A stretch of 64,000 nucleotides of DNA from Psammoneis japonica (taxonomy: Eukaryota): positions 62,001-126,000 of the forward strand of contig QPGO01000092.1 in the NCBI GenBank assembly GCA_008632985.1. Reading direction: 5' to 3'. Shown here in pieces: positions 10,701 to 23,739 of this stretch. How positions within the stretch are numbered: the stretch's first letter is position 1; each line of letters opens with the position of its first letter. The translations under genes were made by a program, and so were the position numbers. The notes under the pieces were generated by a model, which was not told where the DNA came from, did not search any database, and saw only the letters and a program-made list of their open reading frames with translations.

Positions 10701-13467
10701 GCGTGAAGCAACGGCTGGTATCGAAAGAGATGGTCAGAAATGGGATCCGAAGGTTGGATGGGTTAGCACCGAAGGTGACGGCGACGATCAAACACCGGCA
10801 GAAGACCGATCTCGAAATGTTCCAACAGACGCGAAACCGACTGAAGAATATTCTGCGGAGGAGGTGGTCGACGACAAGACGAGCAGGGGAATGCCTCCTG
10901 ATGTCAACGAGTCTTCACTTGCTGAAGAGCGTTATCCAAATGCAGCGAAGGACGTTACCATCCCGACTGAAGAACGTTCTGGTAGTGATGCAGAGGCCAC
11001 GAGCGAAAGCAATATGAGGAGTCTGGGGATGCCTCCAAAAAGTCCAGAAATCACCAGCAATCGCGACGCGCTGGAAACATTCATCGAGAACTCGGCTGTT
11101 CCAACTACTTCGCGTCAGTCCGAGCTGTCGACGGGGGGCTCTGACCAAGCAGTTGCTTCGAGTGGAGGGATGGTTGCAAAAATGGGCGCCCCAGAATCTA
11201 GTGGTTCGGAATCTGCCAACGGCAAAGACCCATCCCTGGGGTCTGTGGGCACGTCGAAAGATAGCGTTAGCGAAGCCCCACCTAACAAATATGTGCAGCT
11301 TGGAGACAATGGATCCGTTCGTTCTACCTTTGCTCAAGAACAGCTTCAACAATCCCAGATCGAGTCTCAACAAGGTGAAAGGGCAAAATCAACAGAACGC
11401 GACGCGAAATCCGATTTCGCAGTTGGAGCAAAACAAGCTGAACTTTACACGAAGTCGTCGTCGGAAGCAGGAGCTAATGATGCTGCATTTTTTGTTTCTG
11501 CTCCATTGTTCGCTGAAAGCGATAGAAGGCAAGATGACAGAGCGCCCCTGCTTCAGGCTGATAAGGATATGTCCTACTCGAGTGACATTCGAAAGGCCCC
11601 TCAGGTGAATGTCGTAAAGCAGAAATGCGACGAGGAAGACTTGAACTTGTTTTCTGGAGACGACTTTGATGATGTCGGAAACTTATTTGATGGACCTCTA
11701 CTTTCCCCACCTCCGAAGGATAGATCAGGCCCAGTAGATGTCGACGATCTTGATACTAATGTTGACGCGGTCAAGACACAAAGCGTAGACACCCACGATC
11801 CTTCACGACAGATGGAAAACTTTGAATCTCCAAAGGTGCCTGACACTCCCATTGCGCTGGGAACGCCACCGGCACCTTCCCGCTCATCAAGCAATGCGAG
11901 TCGGTCTGGAAAGAAGACGACACCTGTCCCAAAACTTGGGAAAAACAAAAGAGATACATCACCATTGAGTCAAAGGAAAACTGAAGCGCCTGTATCGGCG
12001 AAACAAGCTCAATCTAGGAACACGGACACAATAGCGTCTCTATCAAGTCAGCCTGATTCTGAAAGCCAACAAACACCCGCAGGTGATGAAAGCGTTACGT
12101 CCAGTGTGAAGGAACGTTTACAACAATGGGAGTCGCGGTCTGGTGGCAAAAGCGCCGGCCACCCTGACCCCCCATCCAATGACGGGAAGAGGTCCATATC
12201 AGGAGGACGTCATGACACGAATGCAAGGTCTATTACGCCAGATGTCGAAGCTGAAGCCTTAGAATGGCCTGGGGATTCGAATGAGCCCACCGAGGTAGAG
12301 GAAGGTCAGAATGTACCTGCGGAGTGGAAGTCGTTCTTTGGAAAGAAGGTGCGTGCTGAGAGTTCAGCTGCAATGCAAGCGCAAAGTCAAGGCGAACCCA
12401 AGCCGCCAAAATATGTGTCTGCGGACGATGCGGACGAATACATTAGACCCGATGAAGGATCGTATCCAAGAAAACGTTCAGAGCCAAGTTCGCGTTGGAA
12501 GCGCAAAGGTGGCGACGATGATTCACTATTCGACTTTGAGAAGGCCCATGAAGGGGTACGCCGAGGCAGCCGTTCTGCTCCTCGCGACTTCCCGAACATA
12601 TCGCCCATTCACACACAAGACGAAGATGACGTTGTGATGGAAGAAGTGGAGTCCAACACTGGCGCCGTTAATAAGGATTCGACTTTCTTCCAGCGTCTTT
12701 CTACTTGCGCGGCGCCTATGATGCCGTCACAGCTTACCAAGTCATGTGATGGCGGCGCTTCGGTTCCCATGTCTTCATTCCTGCGAAGTGGCTCTTCCAA
12801 GAATGGGTCCATAGACGAAGTCACAACGGAGGAAAATGAGGATGGCTCAAAGTCTCGCACGTCAAGGAGCACCAGAAGCTCGAAACTAAGAAGGGAGAGT
12901 CCGCGAGCTATTGGGAGTGAAGTGAGATCTTCGTCCAGTGTTGCATCGGAAGATTTTGGTCAGAAGACAGCATACCTCGAAGCCATCGCGATGAAGGCCG
13001 CCGTCTCAAACCCAAAGCGCAGCGGCTCGTCGGGACGCCGAAGGTCCCCTGGTTCAGACATCTCGTCGACATCGCGGTCGTCGGAAAAGTGGAGGGCATT
13101 CATTGAAAAGAAGAAAGCTGCCGGTGTCGAGAGCTCGTCAAAATCAAACACCGACGTATCTAGGGCTGCTGAAAAGTATGCTGCAGAAAAAGTCGAAGAG
13201 ATGATATCTGTACTTTCGTCACGTTCGAGATCTGCCCCGAAGAGCAGGGACGATGAACCAGGTGATGACGCTCATCGTGGAGGTATTTCACCAAGCGCTA
13301 GTCAGTCACAGCGAGGGAATGGTGCTGGAAGAGACAGACCTGTATCAGCAGGTCGAGTGGGAAGGAAAAGCGAGTCTGCAAAGGCGGCGGAAGAACTAGC
13401 AGCTGCTCGAGTCGAAGCAATGATGGCAGCGCTATCGAGCAAAAGCCTGGACGAAGGCGAGATTTAA
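7713..13467 (+). CDS. Very large (~1900 aa) intrinsically disordered protein, split into three ORFs by two single-base frameshifts
   Basis: ORFs 7713-9017, 8954-9208 and 9304-13467 join if one base is restored near 8891 (...NKVLSDRDDGGDKKKKK) and near 9169 (...SPEAFHYTGDP...YNMAVAN). Composition is continuous throughout. Confidence 0.7.
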
Positions 13468-13568
13468 TCCGAACGCACATTTCATGTTTAATGTTTGCAT
13501 TTGTATTAGTGAAAAGTTACGTCTAGAAAAACAGCTCGAGCTGTAATTTTCTCTCTGCAGCAATGTGT

Positions 13569-16500
13569 TTATTTTTGTGCATCAATCCAGGTTTTCAACA
13601 TTTCCTTTGTTACCACAACTGTACCTTGCTGGAATCTGGGAATGGTCGAGTAGAGAGGTGGTTCCATATCTTGCCGCAGTACCTGTCGGACATATTCGCG
13701 TAGTGCGGTGGTGCCTGGAGGCGTAACTCGCTTGGTCGATTGAGCCTCCGGCGAGCTTTCAACGTTTGAAGTTGCGTCGCGTTCTTCAATTTGAACACCA
13801 AATCGTTGTCCCTTTCCTACGCCAGTGATAAGACTGATGTCGCGGATTTCTTCACCACTTAGCACTGCCTCCATTGCGCGTTTCATAATGTACCGACAGG
13901 CGGCTCTAGCAACGGGGAATGACATTCCACTGAGGTCCGTCTCCCACACCGAATCCAAAGAAGAAGAACGAAGCACGATTCCACGGCGCACAGCTTCGTC
14001 GAACACCTGGTCGACCCTATCTACGTCTACTTTACCTTCTGAACGACAGAGAGTGCCAATCACGTCAGTGACGGTAATAATATCGGGTGACATGGATGCA
14101 TCTGCCGCCGCTGTGGCTTTAACAGTTGAATTTTTCTTCCGTTTTCCGCACATTTCCTCCCAAATCTCAAATGCCTTAAGAAGAAAGAGATTCAGCAATT
14201 TCAGAATAACAACGATATTGCGACTAGCCATTTCATACCTTTTCAAACGCGTACCTTGTCTGGCAAACCTGAAACCCTCAATGCTGACAAAAGTGCATTG
14301 TACGCAACTTTATCGGGTTGGAGCCCTTCATTCTTCATCTCCGTGAAAAGTTCAAGAGCTTGTTCCCATTCACCAGCCCGACCACACGCAGCTATGATAA
14401 ATACGGTCAGATGCCAAACAAGATGAACTATTGCACTGAAAAAAGACGTAAGCATCATTCGATCCTGATCTCAACTTACAAATAGCTGAAGTATACGCAA
14501 TCTTGTTTGGACGCGTTTTTGGGCCGCCCTTTCTCATCGTTTTAATGAGCTCCAACGCTTCTTTCCACCGGCCTCCTGAACTGCATGCGCTTATGGCAGC
14601 AGAGTAGGAGAAACCATCGGGTTCGATCCCATCAGCCTTCATCTGTCCAAGCAGCTCCATCGCGCGAATCCACAATTGTTCTTCGTCTACATCAGGAGAC
14701 GCCGCTTCCTCGTCTCTGTAGCTACTGGAACTTGACGCATATCGCATGGGAGCGTGCATCCGAGAAGACTGTTTCAGATTGAACCTGGAGGCCTTCGACA
14801 GAGCAGTTATTGCAGCATTGTAAGTGATGGCGTTAACCCTCATGCCTTTTTCTCTCATCTTCAGTGAACAAAGGGGACGCAAGCGGGCACATCAACAGTA
14901 AGCGACATAACAAAACAGGGCTTGCGGGGAAAGCATACCACAAAACTACATGCCTGATAAAGAAGCTCCAAAGCTCTCTCCCACTGTCCACCATTTCCGC
15001 ACGCAGCAATAGCAACAGAATACGTTACTTCGTTGGGCGCAATTCCGTTTTGTCGCATTTCATCCAGCAAATCCAGCGCCTTCCTCCACATTTTCCCCTT
15101 GGCACAAGCTTCGCGAATTAGCAATCAAATGCGAAGAAAATACACATATTAATGGAAAACATAGGGAAATGCATTTTGGAGAAGCCAGCGAGAACTATTC
15201 TTACCATCGATAACCGCAGTGTAACAATAAACGTCAAGAGGAAGGCCTTCGTCCTTGATTTCTTGAAGCAGAACCAGAGCTTTCTTTGTGTTTCCTCCCC
15301 GCCCACAGGCTCTATGCACACAGAAGACGGAACAAAAATTGAATTTAAAATACAAGGCAAGCAGACTACAAAACATAGCAGAAGGAAGTAGTCACAGTAG
15401 ACATACCGAATAGCGTTCGTGTATGAAATAATGTCAGGTTCAATATCCGGTTCTCGCTGACATTGATCCAACAAGGAAAGAGCGTCCTTCCACCTTCCTT
15501 TACCGGCACATGCTGTCATGAGCGAGTTATACGACACGACATTGGGGGAGATCCCGCGTTTTTTCATTTTGTGCAAAAGTTGCTTTGCTGTGCCCACTTC
15601 TCTTGCCTTTGCGCAAGATGCAATCACAGTGTTATAAGCAAAAGCAGTCTGTGGAATTTCCAAATCGTCCATGACATCAAGAAGTTGCATTGCTCGGCGC
15701 CATTGCTGACGTTTTGCTAAAGCTACAATCACCAATTCAAATGTATAAACATTGGGCTACAACAACACGGGGAAAAGCGGGTCAGAGGGACCAGGACCAT
15801 GCGCCATCGATTTGATTCGCATACTCCGTGACTCACCTGTACACCTTTGTTAGGCATGGATAGCAGTACCTGTACCGCTTGTTGAGCTTGTGAGGCTGCC
15901 ACACAGTTTTCGATTACTGCATGGTATGTCGACAAGACTGGATCTGGGTGTGGGTTTTGCTTCCGCTTCTGTTCGACCTTGTGTTGTCTGCCTTGCTCCA
16001 TTGAGTGTAGCAACCGCAACGCATCCTTCCATTGTTTGTCCTTGACCATACAGGTAAGCACAGCGTCATACGCTTCTACAGCTACCACATCAGGCTCACT
16101 GTCTTTTTCACGTACGAGACGTTCCTCCTCGTCCGCCGCTGTGGATTTCAGAAGTGACAAGGCCTTTTTCCACCAACCTGGTTCCGTCTTTTCATTACGA
16201 CACATGGCAGCCACAACAAGTGACACATCAATTGAGTTGGTTGGCTTTACCCCGGCTTGGCGCATGGCGTTCAGAATCTCCTTTGCAGATGCACCATTGC
16301 CAGCCTCGTGGCATTCTCGTAGACACGTCCGGTAGGTTGACAATTCTTGTTCATACCCCTGCTGTTTCATAACTTCTAGTACGTCCAATACGCTATCCCA
16401 TTCATTTGATGCAACACATGATGCTAAAATCGAATCACAATATGATTCTAAATAAAAAGTCGAAAGCAGTTAGCACAATCTGTGGTAAAACTACGACCTG

Positions 16501-16951
16501 TGTCACAGTCGTAGTTAAAGAAAGATCTTTGGGGACTTACGAGTCAAATTTTCGCCTCGGTTATTGCGCTGATGCATTTCTGCTATCTAGCTTCAAACTT
16601 CACGTGGGAATTTTGCTGTGCTGCTTCATTTTTAGCCTGGGCAACAGGAGGCGGTTCCTCCACAGTGGGTATCACAGTCCCTCGCGCTCTAGACGAGCCA
16701 TTATGCTTTCTCTTGATTCCGTCACGTTTATCCTGCAGCTTCTTTTTTCGCGAAGATGCGTACAAACGTGTCTTTGATATTGGGTATTCTGAGGATGCCA
16801 AGGTAAATGTCTCAATCAAGCGGGCGCTGTGTGCCTCTCGTGCAAAGCAACACGGCAAAACAGTAGGCGAGAAAGCATTGACATGACAGATGGATCGAGA
16901 ATCAGGAAAAATCAACGTCGTCAGCAAGAGCAAAACTGTACATGCTTTCAT
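13569..16951 (-). CDS. Multi-exon PPR protein with C-terminal SMR domain, probably plastid-targeted
   Basis: Many PPR repeats (PNVVSYNSLMTAC, PDGFSYSAAISAC, PNEVTYSVAIAAC). SMR-like DLSGMSFPVARAA...LITGVGKG. N-terminus MKACTVLLLLTTLIF...VNA-FSP resembles a signal peptide plus ASAFAP-type site. Confidence 0.85.
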
Positions 16952-17270
16952 ACTCGGCCTTCGATCAAAACGTGGTATGGCTATGGGTATTCTAGCGACG
17001 TCGCAATTCATTTTCAGCAACATCATTGGTGTCATGCGGTAGTTGGCATGCGCCCCCGAAAAATGAAGAGAACGCACAAACGTCAGACGAAGAAAATCGC
17101 GGGAAAACTATCGATTCATCCGACTCCGCTGATGTGACGTGGCAAATCTGCGCTCACAAAATCGCGCGAATCTGAAATCCCATTCATGCATGCGGCGATC
17201 GGCGACATCACCATCCATCGCACCGCCAGCCGCCAGAAGAAAAGAGAGCCATTTAAAACGTTTCTTTACC

Positions 17271-18220
17271 ATGACATCTGCAAAAACAGTTATTTTGGAA
17301 TACATCTGCCCCATTTTCGCTCCATGGATGTGCAGAAGGCTGTTCTGCGAGGCAGCTTGGGCGATCTGAATCCCACACCTTGGGCATTCATGTTGGGTAA
17401 TTGTTTGGGTTGGGTAACCTACGCCTTTTTGATTGAAAATTATTTCGTCTACGTTGCTAATGTACCAGGGTTCCTGCTTTCTATTTGGCTCAACTTGTGT
17501 GCTGCCAAGCTGCAGTATCAAGAACACTTTACCAATGAAACGAGAAAATCAATCGCAAGTCTATTTTCAGACGGATCATCGACTTTTGATCAAAACGGCA
17601 ACGACCATGAAAAAAGGATCGACATAAATGGGGAAGAGACCCAATCATCTCTTGTGCAACGAGCAGCTGACGTTGGGAAAGTCGTGTTGCAAGTAACGTC
17701 GCATCAAACTCCAGCTCCTGCACCTCACGAGAAGCTCGTGGTTGGCATATCAATCGTCTGGACCGTAATTCTCTCTGTAATTGGATTTGGGAATTCCTTT
17801 TCAAAATCGACAAGAGAATATGTGGTGGGCATTGCTGTGAACTTGAATCTCGTGTTTTTCTATTTCGCACCCCTCTCGACGATCATTCGCGTTCTGCGGA
17901 GCAGAAACTCCGCGTCCATTCATCTACCAACCATGTTTACAAACACGGCAAATGCCTCATTTTGGACAGCATACGCCTTTGCTGTGAATGATCCATTTAT
18001 TTACGTTCCAAACGGCATCGGAGTGCTTCTCGGCGTGATTCAGTTCATTTTGTACCTTGTTTTTCCGAGACACGCGTCAAGTGACGATGGCGACAACTCA
18101 GCAGTTCCTGAGGATGAACAAGAATGTCGGGAACAAAAGCAAGAAGAGCAAGAAGGAAAATCAAATGGAAATGAGCAGACTACTGGTGATACAGGAGTAG
18201 ACGGTCTACAGGAGAGGTAG
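17271..18220 (+). CDS. SWEET/MtN3 sugar transporter with a disrupted 5' end
   Basis: LGDLNPTPWAFMLGNCLGWVTYA and FYFAPLSTI...W.AYAF..ND.FIYVPNGIG MtN3 motifs. The likely start MTSAKTVILEYICP (17271) is out of frame with the body. Confidence 0.85.
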
Positions 18221-18612
18221 TAGTCCTAGCTCTCTAGCTAGGTAGTAGCTACTGTAGGGAGGGGGTCGACTGACTGAAAGACTGAATCAGCTGGCTGATT
18301 TCAGATTGATTGATTCAATCAATAGAGAGTGCTCCTTCGGTCGGTCCTACGCCCGTCGCGTTGCGTCGGTCATTCGTCATCGGGTCTCGTTCGTTCGAGA
18401 GGTACGACCTACCATACCGTATCTTGATCACAGGCTGTGTCTTGATCATCATCAGGTAATGAGTTCTGAATGTACGTGATCTTACTGTAGCGTTCTACGA
18501 GCATTTCGGCGGTCACATGCTTTTGTGCCAACCCAGAAAAATGGAAATGACTCCTCTTGCTCATTGTTGTGCGGATGAAATAATGGACATTGCCAATTGG
18601 CAATGAGAGGAA

Positions 18613-20720
18613 ATGCAAGATAGGGAGGAGGTTCGCTCGGAACCCTACCTCATTTCCCCTGATTACACGTCGGAGAAATCGCAATGTCGTCCTGTTCCTT
18701 TCTGGCGCTCGCAACGTTGTTACGTTCTTGCTGCAGCGATCTTCCTTGTTGTTGGGGCGTGTATCTTGATCCACCTGTCCATTCGTGACAATTCAACCAA
18801 TGCAAATAGGCATAATCCGACAGGGCACAACATATTCACTCTTCGGAGTCAAAGTCCAACCATTGCACCGAATAGGATTTCAAGTACAGAACCAAGTTTC
18901 TCGCCGTCTACGCAGCAAATCGGTATGACTCCATCGCACTCTACTGGCACGCCCTCATCTCAACCTCCCCCGACATCTTCTTTTGGGAAAGTCCCGTCGT
19001 CACAGTCTCGTCAACCTCCACCAGAGTCGACGTCCATGCCGTCATCATTTCAATCTTTGCAGCCAGAGTCGACGTCCATGCCGTCATCTTTTCAATCTTT
19101 GCAGCCAGAATCGACGTCCATGCCGTCGTCCTTTCAGTCTTTGCAGCCGTCATTGGAGCCATCTTCCTTGCCGTCCGCCGAACAGACGTCGGAGCCGACC
19201 CTTAGCCCATCTTTGCAGCCTACTTCAGAACCGACTCTTAGACCATCCTTGAATCCTTCCCCAGAGCCAACTCCAAGCCCATCTCTGCCACCGACCTTGA
19301 ATCCATCTTCTTTTCCTTCTTTGCAGCCGACGTCGAATCCATCTTTTTCACCCTCTTTTTCGCCTACTTTGCATCCATCTTCTTTTCCATCTTGGAAGCC
19401 GTTGTCACTTCCAACTTTCGGACCGTCGTCATTGCCGACTGTACAGCCTTCACCATTGCCAACCCAGGCGCCAACAACGCCATCTACACTTCGTCCTACT
19501 CGTGAATCTTCACGTCCCGCAGAGGTGTCTTCAGATGTCATGGTTGGTGCTTACTACTACCCGTGGTATAGCCGAGACTTTCACGGTCGCCAATACGTGA
19601 GAGAACATCTTAATCAAACTCCATCGTTGGGCGAATATAGTGATCGAAATCCAGCTGTACTAGCACAGCATCTGAATTGGTCTCGGAAAGCAAACATTGG
19701 GTGAGTAGGATACAGCACTTATGAGGGGTCTGATGCGAGCCGCAGTCTGTACAATTCTCACAGCTCTGTTTCAACATGCGTCCTCACTGCCCTGAACAGA
19801 TTGTGGGTTTCAAGTTGGTGGGGCCCTTTTTCGAGAGAGGATGTAACGCTCCGAGACCATATTTTGATTCACGAATCGTTAGAAGATATGAAGATTGCTC
19901 TCTTTTATGAGACCGAGGGAAGAATCCAAGGCGATAATGAAACGCACTACATTCTTGACAGAGTTTTCCCTGATATTCAGTATATGTGCGACAACTACTT
20001 CTCTCTCCCGAATTACTATCGTATTCAGGGTAGGCCCGTCATTGCCGTGTACCTGACGAGATGGTTGGAGAGATTGGGATTGCTCCAGGAAATGATTGAG
20101 ACTATACGGCTCGCGGCCAAGATCAAAGGTTATAACATATTTATTGTTGGCGATCATGCCTTTGGCCGTCCGAACGGTGCGAATTCAACAGCTTCTCTCA
20201 AGCTGCTTGATGCCGTCAGCAGCTACGATGTGTATGGAGCAATGCCAAACAAGCCATATGCTCTGCAAGAAGGAGTTAATCGATACTTTCGAGCACAAGA
20301 TGAATGGATACGATTAAGCAAGGAGGCAGGTTGCGCCTATATTCCCAGCGTAAGTCCTGGCTTTAACGACCGAGGAGTCCGACTAGACAAAAACCACACG
20401 CCTCTGTCGCGACGTCTATCACCATCTCGTGAACACGGAACGCTTTTTGAGGAAGTTCTCCGGCAAGCTATGGAACGGGTTCAACCCGCCAATATTCTGT
20501 TGGTCAATTCTTTCAATGAATGGCACGAGGATACCCAAATTGAACCGGTTGCTGGTCCACCATATCAAAGATACGACAATTTACCTTAGGAATAGAGTAC
20601 GTTGGTTATGGAGAACTCTACTTGGACATATTGAAAAGGATGACTACTTCAGTACCGGCGACAAAGGTTCACTCAGGATACCGATTGCTTTCTTGGTGGA
20701 GATCACTTTTCCAGTTTTAG
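18613..20720 (+). CDS. Type II membrane glycoside hydrolase family 99-like protein with a Pro/Ser stalk
   Basis: N-terminal TM segment, VGAYYYPWY, intron 19701-19799, SVSPGFNDR, NSFNEWHEDTQIEP. Restoring one base near 20555 gives ...GIEYVGYGELYLDILK to the stop at 20720. Confidence 0.8.
19021..19146 (+). repeat. 42-bp coding tandem repeat x3 (PESTSMPSSFQSLQ)
   Basis: Directly visible in the DNA and the translation. Confidence 0.9.
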
Positions 20721-21922
20721 ATTGCTCCAGGAAAAACGACGTGAAGCAATGGTACAAAACTTCTGTCTCCCCAGTCCCGAGCGCATACCTTGGGAGTGTT
20801 TTTGTGAGGTGGCGTTCTACGTGCTCGAGGCGATACTAAGGACGAGATCGATCAACTAGCTGTGCAAGAAACGTGGCGGCTTCGAAACCACTCGGTGGAA
20901 TGAGAGCAGGTGTCTTGCCCCTGACTTATCGTGGAAGGCGTATCAGTGGTAAACTTTAACTTTTCAACTGGACCTGCGATTTTCCAGTGCTTTGCCTATA
21001 TGTCAGTTCCGGTCGCGCTTGGACGTAGAGTATTTAGTCTGCTACAAATGAGATTCACACTTCCACTCGCGTGATGCGGTCGAAGATGTTGTTGCTCAGC
21101 TAATGGCCGGCTCGCTAATACTTTACTTAGGTTGCTACTCCAGCTATCGCACATCGCTTGTGTGGAGTCAGTCTCGGGTTTCGGTACGGTAGAGCTTAGA
21201 TGTTGGGTACTTAGGCGGCTACAATGACATTCAAACTGCCTTCCATTCTAGTGCTCCGGTCGAAAAGATGTCGTTGCAGAGCTCATCACGCGCTTGCTAA
21301 TACTTAGGGTTGCTACTTGCTACAGTAGTGCTCCGCTAGTAGTAGAAAGAGTCTAACAGCGGTTCCTGTCAACTGTCTACTCCATACTAGAGAGAAAGAG
21401 AGCGTCTCTACTTAAACATACCCTGTAGTCGATGATGTCGCGTCAAGAGAGTACAGTAAAAGATGAGCGTCGCGAGCGCCGGCCAGCATTCACTCATTGG
21501 TAGGTAGATAAAGCAAAACTTTACTTATTGCTTTCTGAACGTCGTTATTTAAAAGACAGCGACATTACATAACGATCAGAAGCTAATACAGTACTTCTTT
21601 CATAATCAAATTTTGTACGTATTTGTCTTTGACAATGTCTCGAAAGCCTCTACTAAGGGAATAAATATGTCTGATTTTAGATCGATTTTAAATAAAATAA
21701 CCGTTGAGAAATGTCGAAGACATCTATAACATAAACAAAACATTTTGAATTTTTCAAAAAACGATTTCGCACGAACTAACTGATCATCAGCAATAACTTT
21801 TGTCTGCTTACGATGAGTATAGTGGAGGCCGAATCAGGGTGCGATAACTTATCTCTGTGATCCACGACCTGTCTCATTTTTCTTTGTCATGGGAATGAAG
21901 GTACAAGGGCGGCGTCGAAGAA

Positions 21923-23622
21923 ATGGAAAGCAGTTCAATCGAATCACATGTGAATCCTTCGCGATTGTCGGCACCCAATGGCCAAATGAGAACTTCAATC
22001 GAAAGTCGCTTGACTGCGGATCAGTTGCTGTCTCATGAAGCGCATCATGGTTTCCTGAAAGGTAGTGGATCAATTTCCGTTGTGGGAATGAAGAGCTCAA
22101 CTCCATCGAAGTTGCTGTCAAATGGAGCTCAGCAAGAGCCACTCAATGGCAATGGGCCGAGTACACTAGCATCAGCAACTCCAATACAATTGCTCCCCGC
22201 CCAATCTCAAAATTCAGTCCATCTAACGAAAAATTCTACCCCAACACAGTTACTGCCAAATGAAACTCCGCATGAGCTTCTCAATCCAGTCCATCCAACG
22301 AAAAATTCCACCCCAACACAGTTGCTGCCAAATGAAACTCCACGTGAGCTTCTCGATGCGTCTATGCCAAGTGCGTTTGATTCACGGACTGCCGTCGCAC
22401 CAGTGGCTTCGTTGCCAGCGACAGTTTCTCCGTCTCCACCCACAAGCAAGCCGAAAACGGTTGGCACTTCTCGAAAAGATCCAACTTCGGTCAAGATATG
22501 GAATGCAATGTACGAGCGTTTGGTTCTGTATCGCCAGATTCATGGCAACTGCTTGGTCCCGAGAAGTTATCCAGAGGATCCTCGTCTTGGCAATTGGGTT
22601 TCCAAACAGCGTGCGAACAGAGCTACTCTCTCGTCGGAGCGGAAGGAAAAACTAGACGCTATAGGCTTTACCTGGTGTGTGACTGCCCGTGAAACTTGGG
22701 ACAGCATGTACCAGCGTCTTGTCGACTACCGTAATGAGTACGGAGATTGCTTAGTCCCATATCATTACCACAAGGAGGACCCCAAGCTCGTAACGTGGAT
22801 CTACAAACAACGCACCATGATGAAAAAGGGCAGCCTATCTGATGATCGAGTTGCCAAGTTGGATGCAATTGGCTTCGTTTGGTTCCCTCAACGCAATGAG
22901 TGGGATGCCATGTTAGCTCTGCTCACTGATTGGCGCACAAAACATGGACACTGTCGAGTTCCTTTTGATTACGACCAAGACCCAGAGCTGAGTGAATGGG
23001 TCTTTACTCAGCGTCGTAATAGACAGAAGTTGTCTCGTGAACGAAAGAAGAAGCTTGAGTCAATTGGATTTGAGTGGCATCCAATACAGCGCGACATGTG
23101 GGATGTAATGTACTCCCGTCTCCAAGCCTACAAAGCTCGCCATGGCAACACATTGGTGCCTCAGAGGTACCCGGAAGACCCTAAGCTCGGACGTTGGATA
23201 ACTCTCCAACGAGAAAACAAGGATATCATTTCTCCAGAGAAGAAGGATCAGCTGGATGCGATCGGCTTTGTTTGGACGGTTGTGCAAAGGGAGCCTTGGA
23301 ACAACATGTATCGACAGCTATGTGAATACAAGGCGCAACGTGGTGACTGTCTCGTTCCTCAAAGGTTTGTTCCGTGTTTAGTTAGGCATGGAGTTTTGAA
23401 TTCGAGTCTCTCACTCGTCAGCATTGTTGTCACAGGTTTAAGGAAAACCCGCGTCTAGGCGGTTGGGTGAGAGAGCAAAGAAAGAGGAAAGATTCTCTCC
23501 CACCCGAGCGAAAGCAGCTCTTGGACGCAATTGGATTTTCATGGAGGGCCAAAGGTCGCCCCAAAGAGGAGCTCATGTCGTGCTTCACGCCTCCCAGTGA
23601 CGATTGGCTACCAGAAGCGTAG
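21923..23622 (+). CDS. Helicase-associated (HA) domain repeat protein, about 5 repeats
   Basis: Repeated W..MY.RL..Y...HG.CLVP..Y..DP.LG.WV..QR...LDAIGF.W. Removing intron 23365-23435 completes the last repeat up to TAG at 23622. 72-bp duplication at 22217/22289. Confidence 0.9.
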
Positions 23623-23715
23623 AGGATGAGTTAACATGTTTTCCTTAACAGAGTTACTCTGTAGAGCCCTACTACCATAGTATTACTTCATAAAACAACG
23701 ATACATTTTCCTGTC

Positions 23716-23738
23716 CTCTCTCTCTCTCTCTCTCTCTC
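23716..23738. repeat. (CT)n microsatellite
   Basis: Pure CT run next to the WD40 gene stop codon. Confidence 0.9.
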
Positions 23739-23739
23739 A

